A DNA stretch of 64,000 nt. It comes from Tubiluchus corallicola (lineage: Eukaryota > Animalia > Priapulida). Position 1 is the stretch's first letter. Each line of letters begins with the position of its first letter. Below, one piece after another: positions 13,301 to 26,300 of the stretch. The notes beneath the pieces were generated by a model. It was given only the letters and a program-made list of their open reading frames with translations. It did not search any database and had not been told where the DNA came from. The DNA lies in assembly GCA_030141605.1 (NCBI GenBank), contig JAQGDQ010000023.1, positions 558,001-622,000 of the forward strand, given 5' to 3'. Both the position numbers and the translations under genes were made by a program.

Positions 13301-16300
13301 CAGTTAATGAGATATTGTATTAAAAGAACTGCCGGAAGTTTTGAAAAACACCCTTAACCAAGAATAATGCTCTGAATATGCAATAACTTTAATTTGTTAT
13401 TTTACCCAAAATGAAGCCTGGACTTCTGAATTGTGACGTCATCGTGATCCAATGCACTGTTTCTTCTGAAACACCCTGTATATATATATAAAAGTAGACG
13501 CATTGTAAATGTATTTAGATTGATTTATTTTTACCTTATTAATTAGAATAGGCACCGTCATGTGAATGTTTTTGAATAAAAAAACTGCTTGCTTCTCGTC
13601 ATGCAGTTTAGCGTTCCGTAGTCTAATATCTTACAGCAGGCTCTACATAATGATTGTAGCAGGATGGAAATATACCCATTTGTCAACTTATAAGATGAAA
13701 TAACGAGCTGCTAGAAGCCCTTAGCTTAGCTTTTTCTTTTGCTTTCAGTAAAACCCAAGAAAGAACTGTACCCATCGTCAATGTTGAAATCTGTAAGACA
13801 TCTATTTCAACTATCAGCATTATCTAATTCTTATAAGTAGCCTATGGTCTTGTATAAGAAACTATTCTCATTTTACCAATGCTTAGCTATAGCTGCCCAA
13901 TTTTTCATTTATCACTATCTACTTTCCTCACTTTACACTTCACTCACATGTTCATCACTTTTCTCACAATCCATTTTTCTCACCGTCCACTTTTTTCACT
14001 GTCCAGTTTTGTCATGTCCACTTTTTTCACTGTTCACTGTTCTCACTTGTGAAATTCTCTCTCTCTCTCTGTCCACTTATTTCACTGCCCATTTTTCTCA
14101 GTTGTCCAATTTTCTCAAGTTCACTTTTTACTGTCTTTCTTATTACACACCTTTGTCACTACACAAATTTCTAAAAGTCATAAATCGAATTCAAGCCATA
14201 AGTATTAAAGGTAAAGCCATACGTGTTTCTACAACGCATTTTATTTTTGAACAATCCAATAAATCAGCATCTCCTGATCTAGGCGCAGTAATGTAGCATA
14301 AAACCTAAACCTATCAACCACTGTAATCTACTGTTTATAGGTCACCAGATCCTGTACATGTATTCCAAGTTGCGAAATTGCGCAAAATTGGTTTATCTAA
14401 TTCAGTTCTTTCACTCCTCAGTTTTATACTACTTGCAAAATTTTTTATATGCGTATACGACGTTTGTATAGCCAAAGCTGATTTCAAAGGTTTTTCATTG
14501 GAATACTCCAAAAAATCTTGTAATATTGTAAGTAATTTGCGCCTTTGTTCAGGTATGAAACATCTACAACTAAGCGAATAAGCTTTCATTATCTTAAGCT
14601 GTTCTATTTGAGTGTCAATACTTGTCGCAGATGGTTATGAATCTCAATGTAATTGAATCTTAATTAATGCAATTATCACATCAAAGCGCTGGAAGAGCTT
14701 TATCATCCTATGTGCTAAATTATTAAGCCTTCACACAGTTCGACACAAATTGCAGAGTTGATATAATTATAATTCTATAGAAGTAATACTATATTAGAAA
14801 GTCAAAACTTTTTTAAATTTGAAACGCGACTTTAACTCAAGATCTTTAGCAGTGCTCTTCGTCTGCTAAATGCTATGCTAACGCAGATTAGCTTAGGTAT
14901 TAAGTTAGGGCTGTCTATTTTTAAATTTTTCCCCAGGGTAATAAAAATGCCAATAAGGGTTATGTATTTTCCATATGTGTACTTCGGGAAACAGAAACCT
15001 TGAAACGAGTTCGCAATGTTTCTGTGTTAATTAGAATTTCAATAAACTTAAGGCTAAGACAATTTAAACAAAAGAAAAATAGCCTTTAGACCAGGCGGTT
15101 TAGTCTAATGGTAATGCGCCTGCTTTCCGTCTGGGAGGTCGTGAGTTGGATACAGTGGCCGGTCATACAAAAGACTTTAAATGGTACTGCTATTGTCCTG
15201 CTTGGCGTGTGTTATTTAGGGTAAAAGTGGTGTAATAATAATGTTATGTAGTGTAGGTTACTATTTACAGTCGGTCCAAAAGATTTTTCGATCTTGTGTT
15301 AATTGTGCAGCAAAAAGCTGACTTTAAATAATAAAGATTATTATTATTATTGATTAACAACTAGAAAGAGCGAATAAACCTCATGCCAGTGGGGTTATGT
15401 AACGCATCTTGATACGTAGCAATGTCTACGTTTAGCTGAAACTTGTTTGTTACTTAGACCGAAGCATTAGAACTTACTGGCCGCAAATTGAGCCTTTTTG
15501 AGCCATTAAAGCAGGTTACTCTTTACTAAAAGCCCTACTTATTTGTTACACGGTTTTTCCGAATAGGCTGCCTTCAAAAGGTATCATTATCATAGTGTAT
15601 TACGAACTTAGCATAAAAAACGTAGACTTTTGTTACTTGCTCGCTTAAAGAATTTTTTATATTTCTTTGAGCACGCTTTTGAACTTATGAGATTCTAGGT
15701 TCTCTTACATTTTTTTTCATGCGCTTCGACTGTTTGAAGCAAATGTAAATGCAACGAAGCAGTTAATGTAATCACTTTTTTGCAGATGACTGGAATTTTG
15801 ATGGCATTGTTTGGAATTTACGCAATCAGTGACGTAAGATTTCTAGAATACATAAAGTACATTTCAGGTGCGTTAACTTTTGATTTGATACTTTGAAACT
15901 ATCCTAGGATGTAATAATTAATTGGTAGTTATTATGTTAAGCTATAAGTTTAGAAAAGCCTGCTTTACTGTTAGTTTGGCACAAATTAAACAATAACCTG
16001 TACCAAAATAACGGTTAAATATAACGAAACGTAACGAAATAAAAATGAATCAAAACAGAACAAAACAAAACAAAATAATGTATTAAATCAGTTCCGTTTC
16101 ATTAGAATACAGCGTTGCTCCTCTACATACCTTTAGAAATAACCACTTGCAACGCACTGCAATAAAACATGACATAACACATCCACAATTACACAACACG
16201 ACGCACTCTGCAGACTTTGAATACAAAAACTGAATAACATAAGGCATTGTTGTGCCATAAATAAGTGCTTCAAACTCTAACGAAAAATATGTGTATTTAT

Positions 16301-19300
16301 GTAATTTTTACTAAATTTACTGTACAAATGACAAGTCGTGATGTAGAGGTTTCCCTAGGCAGGGTTAGACAAATTCGATAATTAGTCACAGTGGCATTTC
16401 AGCACCAAAATCGTTTTTGGCCATATCCTAATTTTAGTAATGGTTTTGCATAAAAACGAATAACTTTTAGCTCTGTTTTCTAGTCCTTATGATCACTATT
16501 ATTACTAAGGAACTGATTAACATTCTAGCTGTTCCTGGAAGTCCAGACATGTACTGGATGAAGACGGGAGGCATGATCATGTTCATCTGTGGCTTCATCT
16601 GCTTAGTGGTCGGCTTCTTTGGTTGCATCGGTTCATTCACTGAGAACAGATTCATGTTACTTTTGGTAAGGGTAAAATATTGCATTTCTAATATACAGTT
16701 GTATAAAATCATTTTATTTGCTACAAATAAAAAATACATACAACAGTCATTAGACTTTTAGTCCAAAAGATGGAATCACACACGCGAAAACAAATATACA
16801 CGATAACGAAAACAAAACATGTAATCCGATAAGCACTATGTAAAGATATGCACAGGAAATCTATAATAATCTTATAGGAAAGGCCAAGCCTCCTAAGAGG
16901 TTAGGCTTATTTCAACGTTCGCGAAAAATGTTAGAAGGATTTAGTAATAAAACTGCAATAAGCGCCTCGTGTAACTAGTAAAATCAATTAAAGTCGGGAT
17001 CACTTCATGCTTGGGCGTTCCCATTTACAATGCCCATTCTTCTTCCAATGACGTCATTCGCCTTGAAGAAAAGTAGCGCACTGTTAATTACCATCAAAAG
17101 TATAATAAGTCTTTTGCGAAAAAAATAGATAGCTAATCTATTCAGCTCGCCTGAAATTTCCTATTCAGTGGTAGTAGATTTAATTTTAAATATATGCTTT
17201 ATAGGCAGTTCTTCGCAAATCTCTTTGTTATATTTTTCTAAGTTTAAGTAAGAACAGTAAAATAAACCCAACATAGTGAATGTATTGTTCTCTCCTTTAA
17301 AAGCTGGTGTAATATAGATTAAAAAGTACGGAATTAAAATCAAATTTCATGATAAAATAGTTCAGTACATTGTAAAAGGTTCATTTCAATATTATAAATA
17401 GTTGTATATTACCTAAATTATTGCAATTATACTATAATAAAAATTAAGTTGAGAGACAGAACTAAAACGTTTTACGGAACTAAAAAGGTTGGACCTGCCC
17501 AAACATATATGACAGATGGTACATAATCTTTACCGAGGGGCACAAAACAACGAGTAGTTAGTGGTAGCAATAAAGGCTGAACGACAGAGAATCTATGACG
17601 CAATTAGTTTTAGTGTGGAAGCCTCCCCCTGTCAAGCAAGGTCTGCAATCCTGCGGGGTATGGTTGACTCCAAGCGAGTAGTTTAACTAAAGATCCTTCA
17701 ACACTTTCTTTCTTTCTTTCTTTACTTACTTGCTTACTTGCTTTAGCACAAGTTTGTCTTTTGTCTGTTGATCAATGGCAACTTCCTTAGATCATCTAAG
17801 CCTCCCCTCCGCTCTGTGTTTCAGAATAGCTCCAATGTCTGTTGCAGGATTGAAGTCCAGCGTTTTCTAGGTTAGTCAGTTCGATCGCGGTTTCTGGAGG
17901 TTTCCACAGTAAACATTGGGGTCACGAGAAATATGCTTTTGTTTCCGTAATCTTTTGTTGCAATATACTGTTTTGTACTATTACAGTATATTCACTTTTT
18001 TGTACCCCTCCCAACATATGGTTATGTACCATTTCGTGGTTGCTTACATATAATTGTGAGTAATCAGCCAAAATTTGATGCAAATTTTTTTAACTTGCTA
18101 TTTTCTCTAGCTTGTTTTTCTTTGCCTACCATCAATAACGCCGAATCATTAACCATTGAAAAAGATTGCTTGTGATATTTGCAGTATCTTTTAAACCCAT
18201 CTGGTTACATAAACTGCTAGTCAAAAAGTTGGTCATTTACTGAATAATAATAAAATTACGTACTTTGGATGGTTATTGATTAGTCTTAATAATAGTATTT
18301 ATTTTATATGTTTAACTTAAAATGATAGGCCAAGTTTAGCATGCAGCCTTGGCTAAAGTTTATTAACACATAAAGGCGCAATTAGATTCGAATGTTTGTT
18401 CCTTTATTACAAATGTGAAATTATCGCAGCCAAGTAATGCTGTAATGCAGCCACTAGTTGAGACTGTTGAAATATGCATAGGCCACAAGCATAGAGAGAT
18501 TTGCAAACAAACGCAGATGACATACTATTTAATCATCAATAATAATTTTGATTGCCTAAAGAATTAGTCAATTATTAGCTAGAAGATTTAGATGATTTTT
18601 GTTTTTAGTACGTGGTTTGTCTGATATTCTTGATGGTTTGCATGCTGTTTGAGATCGTCTGGTGCATAGTTGCGAAAAATAATGTAAGTTACAAAAGCCT
18701 TCTTTAAATATTTTTTTACATTGTGACTTGCCAGCGATTGTTTAAGCTTTTATAAAAAAATATAGTTACCTTTATATGCAAGAGCTTTTTATGTATTCTA
18801 CGTTTTTCACACATACCCAAACAAGATTTAAGTTAATTTGGTGCTTTTTAATGATATTTGTGTGATTTCGATTGTAACATACACGATTACTTACAGAGTG
18901 ATTTACAACATAAATTACATACAATACAATGCAACAATAAAGTGCAATATGACACGACACGCTAACGCACACCACGGCGGGCGTGGCAAGGTACAATGCA
19001 ATGCAATGCAATGCAATGCAATGCAATGCAATGCAATGCAATGCAATGCAATGCAATGCAATGCAATGCAATACAATGCAATGCAATGCAATGCAATACA
19101 ATACAATACAATACAATACAATACAATACAATACAATACAATACAATACAATACAATACAATACAATACAATACAATACAATACAATACAATACAATACA
19201 ATACAATACAATACAATACAATACAATACAATACAATACAATACAATACAATACAATACAATACAATACAATACAATACAATATAATACAATACGTCTTT

Positions 19301-19872
19301 TTCTACGTTTTCACTTAAGCGGTACGTTAACTGTTTTCTTCACTCTTAGGCGTCGAATACAATATACACAGAGATGGATAGATTTGTGAACTACTATTAC
19401 GTACCCGGTCATGATGAGTTGAAGTTCACTATGGATCATATGCAGCAATTTGTACGTATGACAGTACCACTGAGTGATTATTTGATTACATCTTATTGGA
19501 AATTTAAAAACTATACAGACTCGCGGAAGTTACACCTGCGTTGAAACTTGAATATGCCAGAATTTATGTCTAAGATTTGCCTTGTCGATTTCGCATAAAT
19601 TAATCCACCACTGAGTTTTCATTCTTAACGTGTTTCTTCTCATTTTAAGGGACGTTGTTGTGGAGCAAACGGTACAGTTGATTGGGCAATTCGGAATGTA
19701 GAGATACCCAGATCTTGCATAAATGGTTTCACTGGAGAACGGTACCTTAGAGTAAGTTATAAGTTTTAATAATGCTGTTAGTTTTAGGACTGTCTCCTTC
19801 GCATAGTTATTATCATCATCAGCACTGTTATTATTGTTGCCACTATTATCTTTAGTAATAATAATAATAATA

Positions 19873-19909
<37 letters not shown>

Positions 19910-19942
19910 CGATGACGATGATGATGATGATGATGATCATGA

Positions 19943-20034
<92 letters not shown>

Positions 20035-21284
20035 GCAATAATACTGGTACTCGTTGTTTTCTTTATTGTCGTTAATGTCATCTATTTGTTACTGTGAAAA
20101 TAGTACATTACAACCAGATCACAATGGTGTCATCATCCCTCAGTTTCGCATAGGTATTATGATAATCTACTGTGCTGCATTTTGCTACACAACGCACATT
20201 CTGAGCAATGCTAAAAGGGGCTGCATTTTGCTACACAACGCACATTCAGAGCAATGCTAAAATGGGCTGAATTTCGCTACACAACGCACATTCAGAGCAA
20301 TGCTAAAATGGGCTGCATTTCGCTACACAACGCACATTCAGAGCAATGCTAAAGGGGGCTGCATTTTGCTACACATCGCACAGTCATAGCAATGCTAAAA
20401 CGGTTCTTTACGTTTTCTAGGGTTGTTCGGAACAGATCATGTTCTATTACAGGACAAACTATGGAATGCTGATCTCCCTCAGCGTTGGAGTTTTATTCGC
20501 GTTGGTAAGTTTAGCAAAATGCAATTATACGTAATTCTGCCATTTTATTTATCTATCAGTAAAGACTCCGCAGTTAATGAATATTCAAGTGAGTCATTAA
20601 TGTAATTAGTAATGCGCGATTAGTCAGTGTAGTACCTGCCATGCGTTACGTTAGTTCCTACCATATTAAAAAAACTCATGAGGAAATTCAGTTATGAAGT
20701 CAGCTAAAATTATTACAACACCGACAACGACAGCAAGAATGACAGCAATAGCAGCAACAGTAACAACTAGGAACAGTAGTAGCAATAACAGTAGCAGCAG
20801 CTGCAGTAACGCCAACAGTGACAGCAGCAGTAACAGCAACAATACAGCAATACCACCACCACTAACAGCAGCAGCATCAACAATATGTTTACCTTAAGAC
20901 TCTTTCACTGCTACCTTATAGGTGCTCTCTGTACCGCTCGTGGTTGATATTTTTTGTACTTCTTAATTAATAATTTTCACAAAACTCATAATTCGCGTTT
21001 TCCTGCTGCTCTGGTATATTTACCCTAGATGCTCAACAGCTGCTGATAAATAAAAATCATTTTTCCTTCTGGCTTCTTATCTGTGCTAGAAGAAAGTTGT
21101 TTCTTTGGAAAGTACAGCATCACGTAGGGCAAAAAGAAAGTCATCAAGTACCCCATTCAATGACAAATTGGTTATTTGTACGTGTATTTTTCTGAGCGTT
21201 CGTAATTTTTCTTTCCAGTCTACGGGACTGATGTGTACTGGTTGCTTATGGAAGAGTATCGAAAAAGATGAAAAGGCTTACTAG
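10347..21284 (+). CDS. Tetraspanin with a 4-cysteine large extracellular loop, ~237 aa
   Basis: Exons 10347-10412, 15786-15867, 16529-16665, 18609-18683, 19350-19451, 19650-19751, 20421-20504, 21219-21284. Motifs MKYLLFGIHVLFW, GFFGCIGSFTEN, DHMQQF-GRCCG, PRSC, GC before TM4; four hydrophobic segments. Confidence 0.93.
10708..11223. mobile_element. hAT-type MITE in tetraspanin intron 1
   Basis: TIRs cagggccgaattaa / ttaatcaggccctg; degenerate 8-bp TSD accggatg / actggacg (6/8, both transitions). Confidence 0.7.
11423..13050 (-). mobile_element. Bel/Pao LTR retrotransposon remnant: decayed integrase, polypurine tract and 3' LTR
   Basis: Integrase motifs VGVDCFGPF, RAVHIE, SDNGTNFVGA, GGAWERMIRSI, FWRRWTREYL and C-terminal RPVQKLCLL, spread over frameshifted ORFs (~12118-13042). 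On the minus strand aagggggcggcg is followed by TGTTGC at 12016. The LTR's distal end at ~11423 is inferred. Confidence 0.9.
13233..13478. mobile_element. Tc1/mariner-type MITE
   Basis: 21-bp TIRs cagggtgttccagaagaaaca / tgtttcttctgaaacaccctg (one mismatch), flanked by TA on both sides. Confidence 0.88.
15094..15351 (+). mobile_element. tRNA-derived SINE (family A) with (ATT)n tail
   Basis: tRNA-like head tagtctaatggtaatgcgcctgctttccgtctgggaggtcgtgagtt, shared body and (att)n tail; related copies at 60846-61073 (+) and 41270-41450, 48470-48678, 48845-49160 (-). Confidence 0.75.
17705..18250 (-). mobile_element. Probable decayed LINE 3' fragment
   Basis: The minus strand ends in a short (AAGT/AAAG) tail preceded by decayed coding-like sequence; no intact ORF. 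Confidence 0.3.
18993..19293. repeat. Compound pentanucleotide microsatellite (CAATG)n(CAATA)n
   Basis: Directly visible; it generates the spurious MQCNA/QYNTI ORFs. Confidence 0.98.
19856..20032. repeat. Compound trinucleotide microsatellite (TAA)(TGA)(TAC)(TAA)
   Basis: Directly visible. Confidence 0.97.
20174..20400. repeat. 46-bp minisatellite, about 5 copies
   Basis: Unit gctgcattttgctacacaacgcacattcagagcaatgctaaaaggg starts at 20174, 20220, 20266 and onward; ends 20 nt before tetraspanin exon 7. Confidence 0.95.
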
Positions 21285-23346
21285 CATTTCATCACCGGCA
21301 GCTAGGTAAGCGTTTTACCCGCTATCTGTTGAGTGTTACAAAACTGAGTAAAAAACTGTTTTCTATCAGTTAGTTTTGGCAGCCGTTTTTAAACTTTACA
21401 GTAGGTTTGTCACATCTTTATGATTAAAATATCCAAAGTAGCAGCGTAACAAAATATAATGGATCGTTTTCATGCAAACAAAGAAACAAAATTTTACATT
21501 TGATATCATTCTTTGTGCTGCCCCGAATTTGGCGATATTTTCGTGATATTGCAAAATAAGATACACAACCTCTGAATAATTTTTTATTCTGAAAATTTCT
21601 AAAATTGGTGACACGAGGCTGCTGTAAGAGTGCAAAATTGATGTTTCAAATTGTCTGATTATTTTTATTAGATATCTCTGTTTCAGGATTACTATTACAT
21701 CGGTTCTACCACAAAATATCATTATTAAAATTTTGGTACAAAATAGCTGCTGCAAGTCAAAAACTGGATAGTATTACTATAACAGTAATGTATTAGTGAA
21801 CCAAGATATAAAGGCTTCAACACAATAGAGATGACTTGTGTCTCCTGTTAAGAGTTCCATTAGTAAAGAGTTCAATTAGTAAAACAGCCAAAATATTATC
21901 GTCAATTGAAATATTCGGAAAAGTCACTATACGATGGCGCTGTTTAACTTATAAAAGCTTTAAGTACTTATCTTCCGATTTTTTACAATAACTTTTAGCA
22001 TACGTTTTTATCTGAGCTTTTGTCTGTATTATGTACACATGTAGCAATTTATTTCACTTATTCTTAAGTACCTAATCAATATGAAAGTAGTGAAATTTTT
22101 GCAGTTTAAATTTTTAGCAGATAAATATGAGTGATTATACTTTTTAAGATGTTAGATATTAATTACTGTAATTAACAATTAAAAAAAACTGATACAACGT
22201 TTAATATTGCCTCAATATAAATCGGTCTCTCTAGTAACAGTTTATTATGTTTGCAATGTTCTTAACGCTTCTGCTTATTATTACTGTACGTTGAACAAGA
22301 GGGCTATAGTTCTGTGTTGTTGTTCTAGAAATTATTACAAAAAGTGTATAATTATTGTAAGAATATTTAACTAGTGCTAATTATGAATCGTGTACATTAC
22401 TACCAGATGATCAGCATTTTCCACATATTGATGTAGTTGACATATTATTAATGCCATATATCTACGTAACAATCTATGTAAGTTGATTGCTTATTCTGTA
22501 TTAACTAATAATTGATTACAACGAAATATTATAATATTAAGTTAAAAGTAAAATACAAAAAAATGAGTTTTTATATTGTGATATTTGTATTTGTAATACC
22601 AAAGGAAAACAATAAGTAGCCAGATATCATAATAAGTTTACCTACTGGTTTCATTAGCGGCCGACTATTCAGCTAAGATACCAGACCAACCGAATAATGC
22701 CATGTTCCGAATCGCAGGCGCGCAAAGGGAAAATGATAAAATGAAACACTAAATTATCCCATCCGCATTCGATCTGATGAACGTCACTTTTCAGCTTGGA
22801 GGGTAGTTCTCTCTAAATAATTGAGATGCTGTCAAGATTTTCACCTGCACTAATAAGATTTTTTTACAGATTCTGTTGGTGCAAATTAATGTAAACGTAA
22901 CGTGAATATGACACCACATGGAAGGCAGTGTACATATTTAACGGAAAGTCTAAATACACTACATTTACATTACATCTTATATTCAATGAGTTGTTTCCGC
23001 TCCCTTTCCCAATTCCAGTATAACCACACCGCCGTTTCCTTCATTAAAGAATGCGTTTTTTTCAAAAACCCTTGTCTAAAATCGATAAGACTGATACGTC
23101 TGTCTGACAGAAAAAAAGTTGTACCATATACCACCAACGTGCATTGTAATATGAATATACATTTACCAGGCCCTTATATTACTGAATAAATGGCGGAGTT
23201 GAATTAGCTTATTTTATTAATTAATGATGAGCGACGCTTTAATTCTGTGGACATAATTTCATTGATTAAAAATTGCCAATGCCCTAAACTCTCTAGAGTT
23301 TTAAATACTGGGCATAATTTCGTATTTAATGCAGTGCAAAAGTCAT

Positions 23347-26300
23347 TTAATCGTCTTTGCACTTTCCTATTACATCTACACCTTCGGCACCTTCCCTATT
23401 ATCTATAACGAACGTATTTCCATCATCGTTTGCTCCTAATCTTTTTAGAAGATTCGCATAAGAAAATCTAGATTCTTCTCTTGGCGTCTTATTTGGATCC
23501 TTTCCGGAAAAATCGATCTCAGTTCCTTCTAGTTCCTCACCACCAGCTTCGTCACTTCCGTCCAATCCGGAGGAAGATGTGTCCGAGCTTGCTGAGCCGG
23601 ATATTTGGTCTGGTTTCACATTAGTTTTCCCTATCTCATCCGCGTTGTTTTGTTCCGCAAGTTCTTCTAGATCATTGGCAATTTTCAACTTTTCAGCTGT
23701 CAAAAAAACCGCCAATGAATAGATCAGTATTGTTCACATCTATAGGCCGTCTGTCACTGAAAATAACAACATTGTCCTGGCGAAAACACAGTGTAGGAAT
23801 AGCTATAAGTACGTTGATACAATACCCTGTAATATAAGTAGTAGGCAGTAACGATAGCCGATTTATTTTTGAAAACTCAACAATGGTTTTACAATGCCAG
23901 AAAATGAGCTGTATAACTATCCCGTGGTTGTAATAATAAATACTTTGTTTATTTTACTTTAAAAGAAAACAGGATGATTTTTCACACTTTTCACAAGTAC
24001 AGTAAAAAGTATATCTTTAACACCTATAATAATGCCAAAGCGTTTCTGATAATTAAATAATAGGTTGAAAACTTAATTAATGGCAGGCGATTCCAACTAC
24101 TGATGACACCATAACAGCATATTTCTCGAGCGTGTTGCACGTGTTTGCAAAAACAAAAATTGAAGTATCACGGCAGAACAACTCTGAAATGATAGGTACA
24201 GCACTCGGTTTTGTGCAACACGTTTCCGAGAAGCAGGCACTAATGCCCATCTGGCTAGGGAATAGCGAAATGTATGTTGCAGTGAAAAACTAGCCGCGCG
24301 AACGCGAAATTACGTTTCAGTAGTAATAATTCTTTTGCGCAAGTCGTTCTTGAAAAAATTCCCTTTCAATATTTTTTAGATTAGATTGTTTTGAGCTATA
24401 GTTTCACACTGGGACCGGCTTTCCTTTAAATCTAAAATGAAGTGCTCACGTTTTGCGACTGGTTGTCCTTTGATGACACACTCTCCCTCGCTACATGTGC
24501 ACAGTCCTTCCTCACAGGGACAGGTGCTACTACACTGAGAGCAGTGTTCTTCCGGTATCAGTGACATTTCGAATGGAAAATGTTCCGACCCCATCAGATT
24601 ACCCCTATGAAATTCAAATTTTAATCAGAGTAAATTGCAATACAAAGTGTCAAAACAACAAAAATAAAAATTGAATGAAAAAGAACTGGAGAAAGTGATC
24701 GGATAACCGAATGAATAAACGAGTGAACTGATGAACCAAGAATTAAATGATTGAATAAACGAATGATTCCTTTCTTCGGTTTCGTTTGGGATAATGAAGG
24801 GAAATGGCAGTACGCGAGTGATTGAAATAATTGAAAGAAAAACAAGGAAGAATTTATTTAATAGATTTGGCATCCATAACTACGCCCATAAATGTAAATA
24901 TAATTGACCGATTCTTTCTTTATTAAAATAATTTTAATAAGGAAAAACAAATATTTCGAAGCGCACTTCGGATTTCTGCTTCAGAATGCTCTAAGTGTAC
25001 TTATAAAAGATACACGCATACAAACAAGTAAACATATAAACAAACTTACGAACGAACATGTCGATCGACTAGCTAAAGAAAAGAGATAACAAGTCAGTCA
25101 GCCAGCCAGCCGGTCAGTCAGACAAAAGAACAAGCTAAAAAACTAATGCATCAAGTTAACTGTTAGACATTGCCAGTTGCGTCATTAATTTTATTCAACT
25201 AGAATGGAAGCACAAATGTGTTTCGATCTGCACGTAAAAATCTTATACATCCCCGGCATATAAATGTTGTATGTATCGGTTCTTCCGGCTTGACTTCCGC
25301 TTTATAGATGAAATTCTCACCGAAAGTCTATCATTTATAAACTATGGGGCAAGAAATATTCTAAGTTTTTACGAAAAAACAGATTAATTATGCAGATTCA
25401 TAATTTAGCATAAGCCTGCACTAGATTGAAAGAAACCACAACAATGTGGCAAATTAAGTCAACGGGCATGTGTGAAGGCAGTATTGGGAAAGTGAAAACT
25501 CTGTCCCCACTGTAGTCTGTGCAATGGTCCGTAGTGTCTTCGTGCAAAACTTCCATCGCTTATGACAGAAACTGTGATAGCTTTCAAAAATAAATGTAAC
25601 AACAACAGCATCTGCAACAATAGCAACAACAATAACAACAGTGACAGTAACAGCAACAACACAAACAGAAAGAGCAGCAACACCAACAACAACATGAACT
25701 ATAGAAGTGGATCTAAAAAACAAGCTTAGCAGCTCACTTACATCTGACAGTAGTTGCATGCATAAAGAAAATTGCCGTCGCAACTAGCAACAGCACATCC
25801 AATACTACACGTCTTTGCCCACACTACCTAAATAAACAATAAATAGATGTGGAAAGCGTGTCAGTTATAATGGCACCTATAGTTACAGTTTTTGGGTTAC
25901 TTGCTTGAAATGTAACCTTATAAACAGATTGCTTTCGCCGTGAAGCTGGTCTCATTCTCATTCATGTAATAAGTTCTAGCCAGTTTTTATATTATGACGT
26001 CATTGCAGTAACTCAATAAGAGAATAATCCAATACTTCACATTCCGGATTAGTTTTTATACAATTCCATCGTGGAGCCTTGGGCTACCACTGTGTTACCC
26101 ACTTCCACAGCGTTTCGAAAAATTTCATCTTCTTGCAATTTCTAGTGGGGGCATTTAACATTTAATAGCGACTACCAGGGTTCAATTCTCGCTCCCGTGT
26201 GTTTAATTTGTCATACTGATTCTGACTGTTTACCTCATTGAGAAAGCATACCCGAACGTGGTTAACATTAGCATAGTACCAGAAGGTCTGGGTTCGTGTC

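Noticed and set aside
13600-14750. Possible minus-strand gene or LINE ORF (14335-14589)
   Set aside because: Only vague LINE-like remnants with stops; no diagnostic motif I can defend.
15094-15170. Possible tRNA-Gly gene
   Set aside because: Stems do not pair properly and the sequence continues into a repeated body and (ATT)n tail, so it is a SINE head.
18772-19389. Overlapping long ORFs (YCIVL/QYNTI repeats)
   Set aside because: Translations of a stop-free pentanucleotide microsatellite inside an intron.
20174-20400. CRISPR-like periodicity (also 27630-28070 and 39007-39100)
   Set aside because: Head-to-tail units with no unique spacers, no cas genes, and a eukaryotic intronic context.
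25245-25300. Possible extra CAP exon (GSQAGRTDTYNIYMPG)
   Set aside because: Phase-compatible but with a weak donor; direct splicing to 24604 restores the conserved CNY..GN motif.
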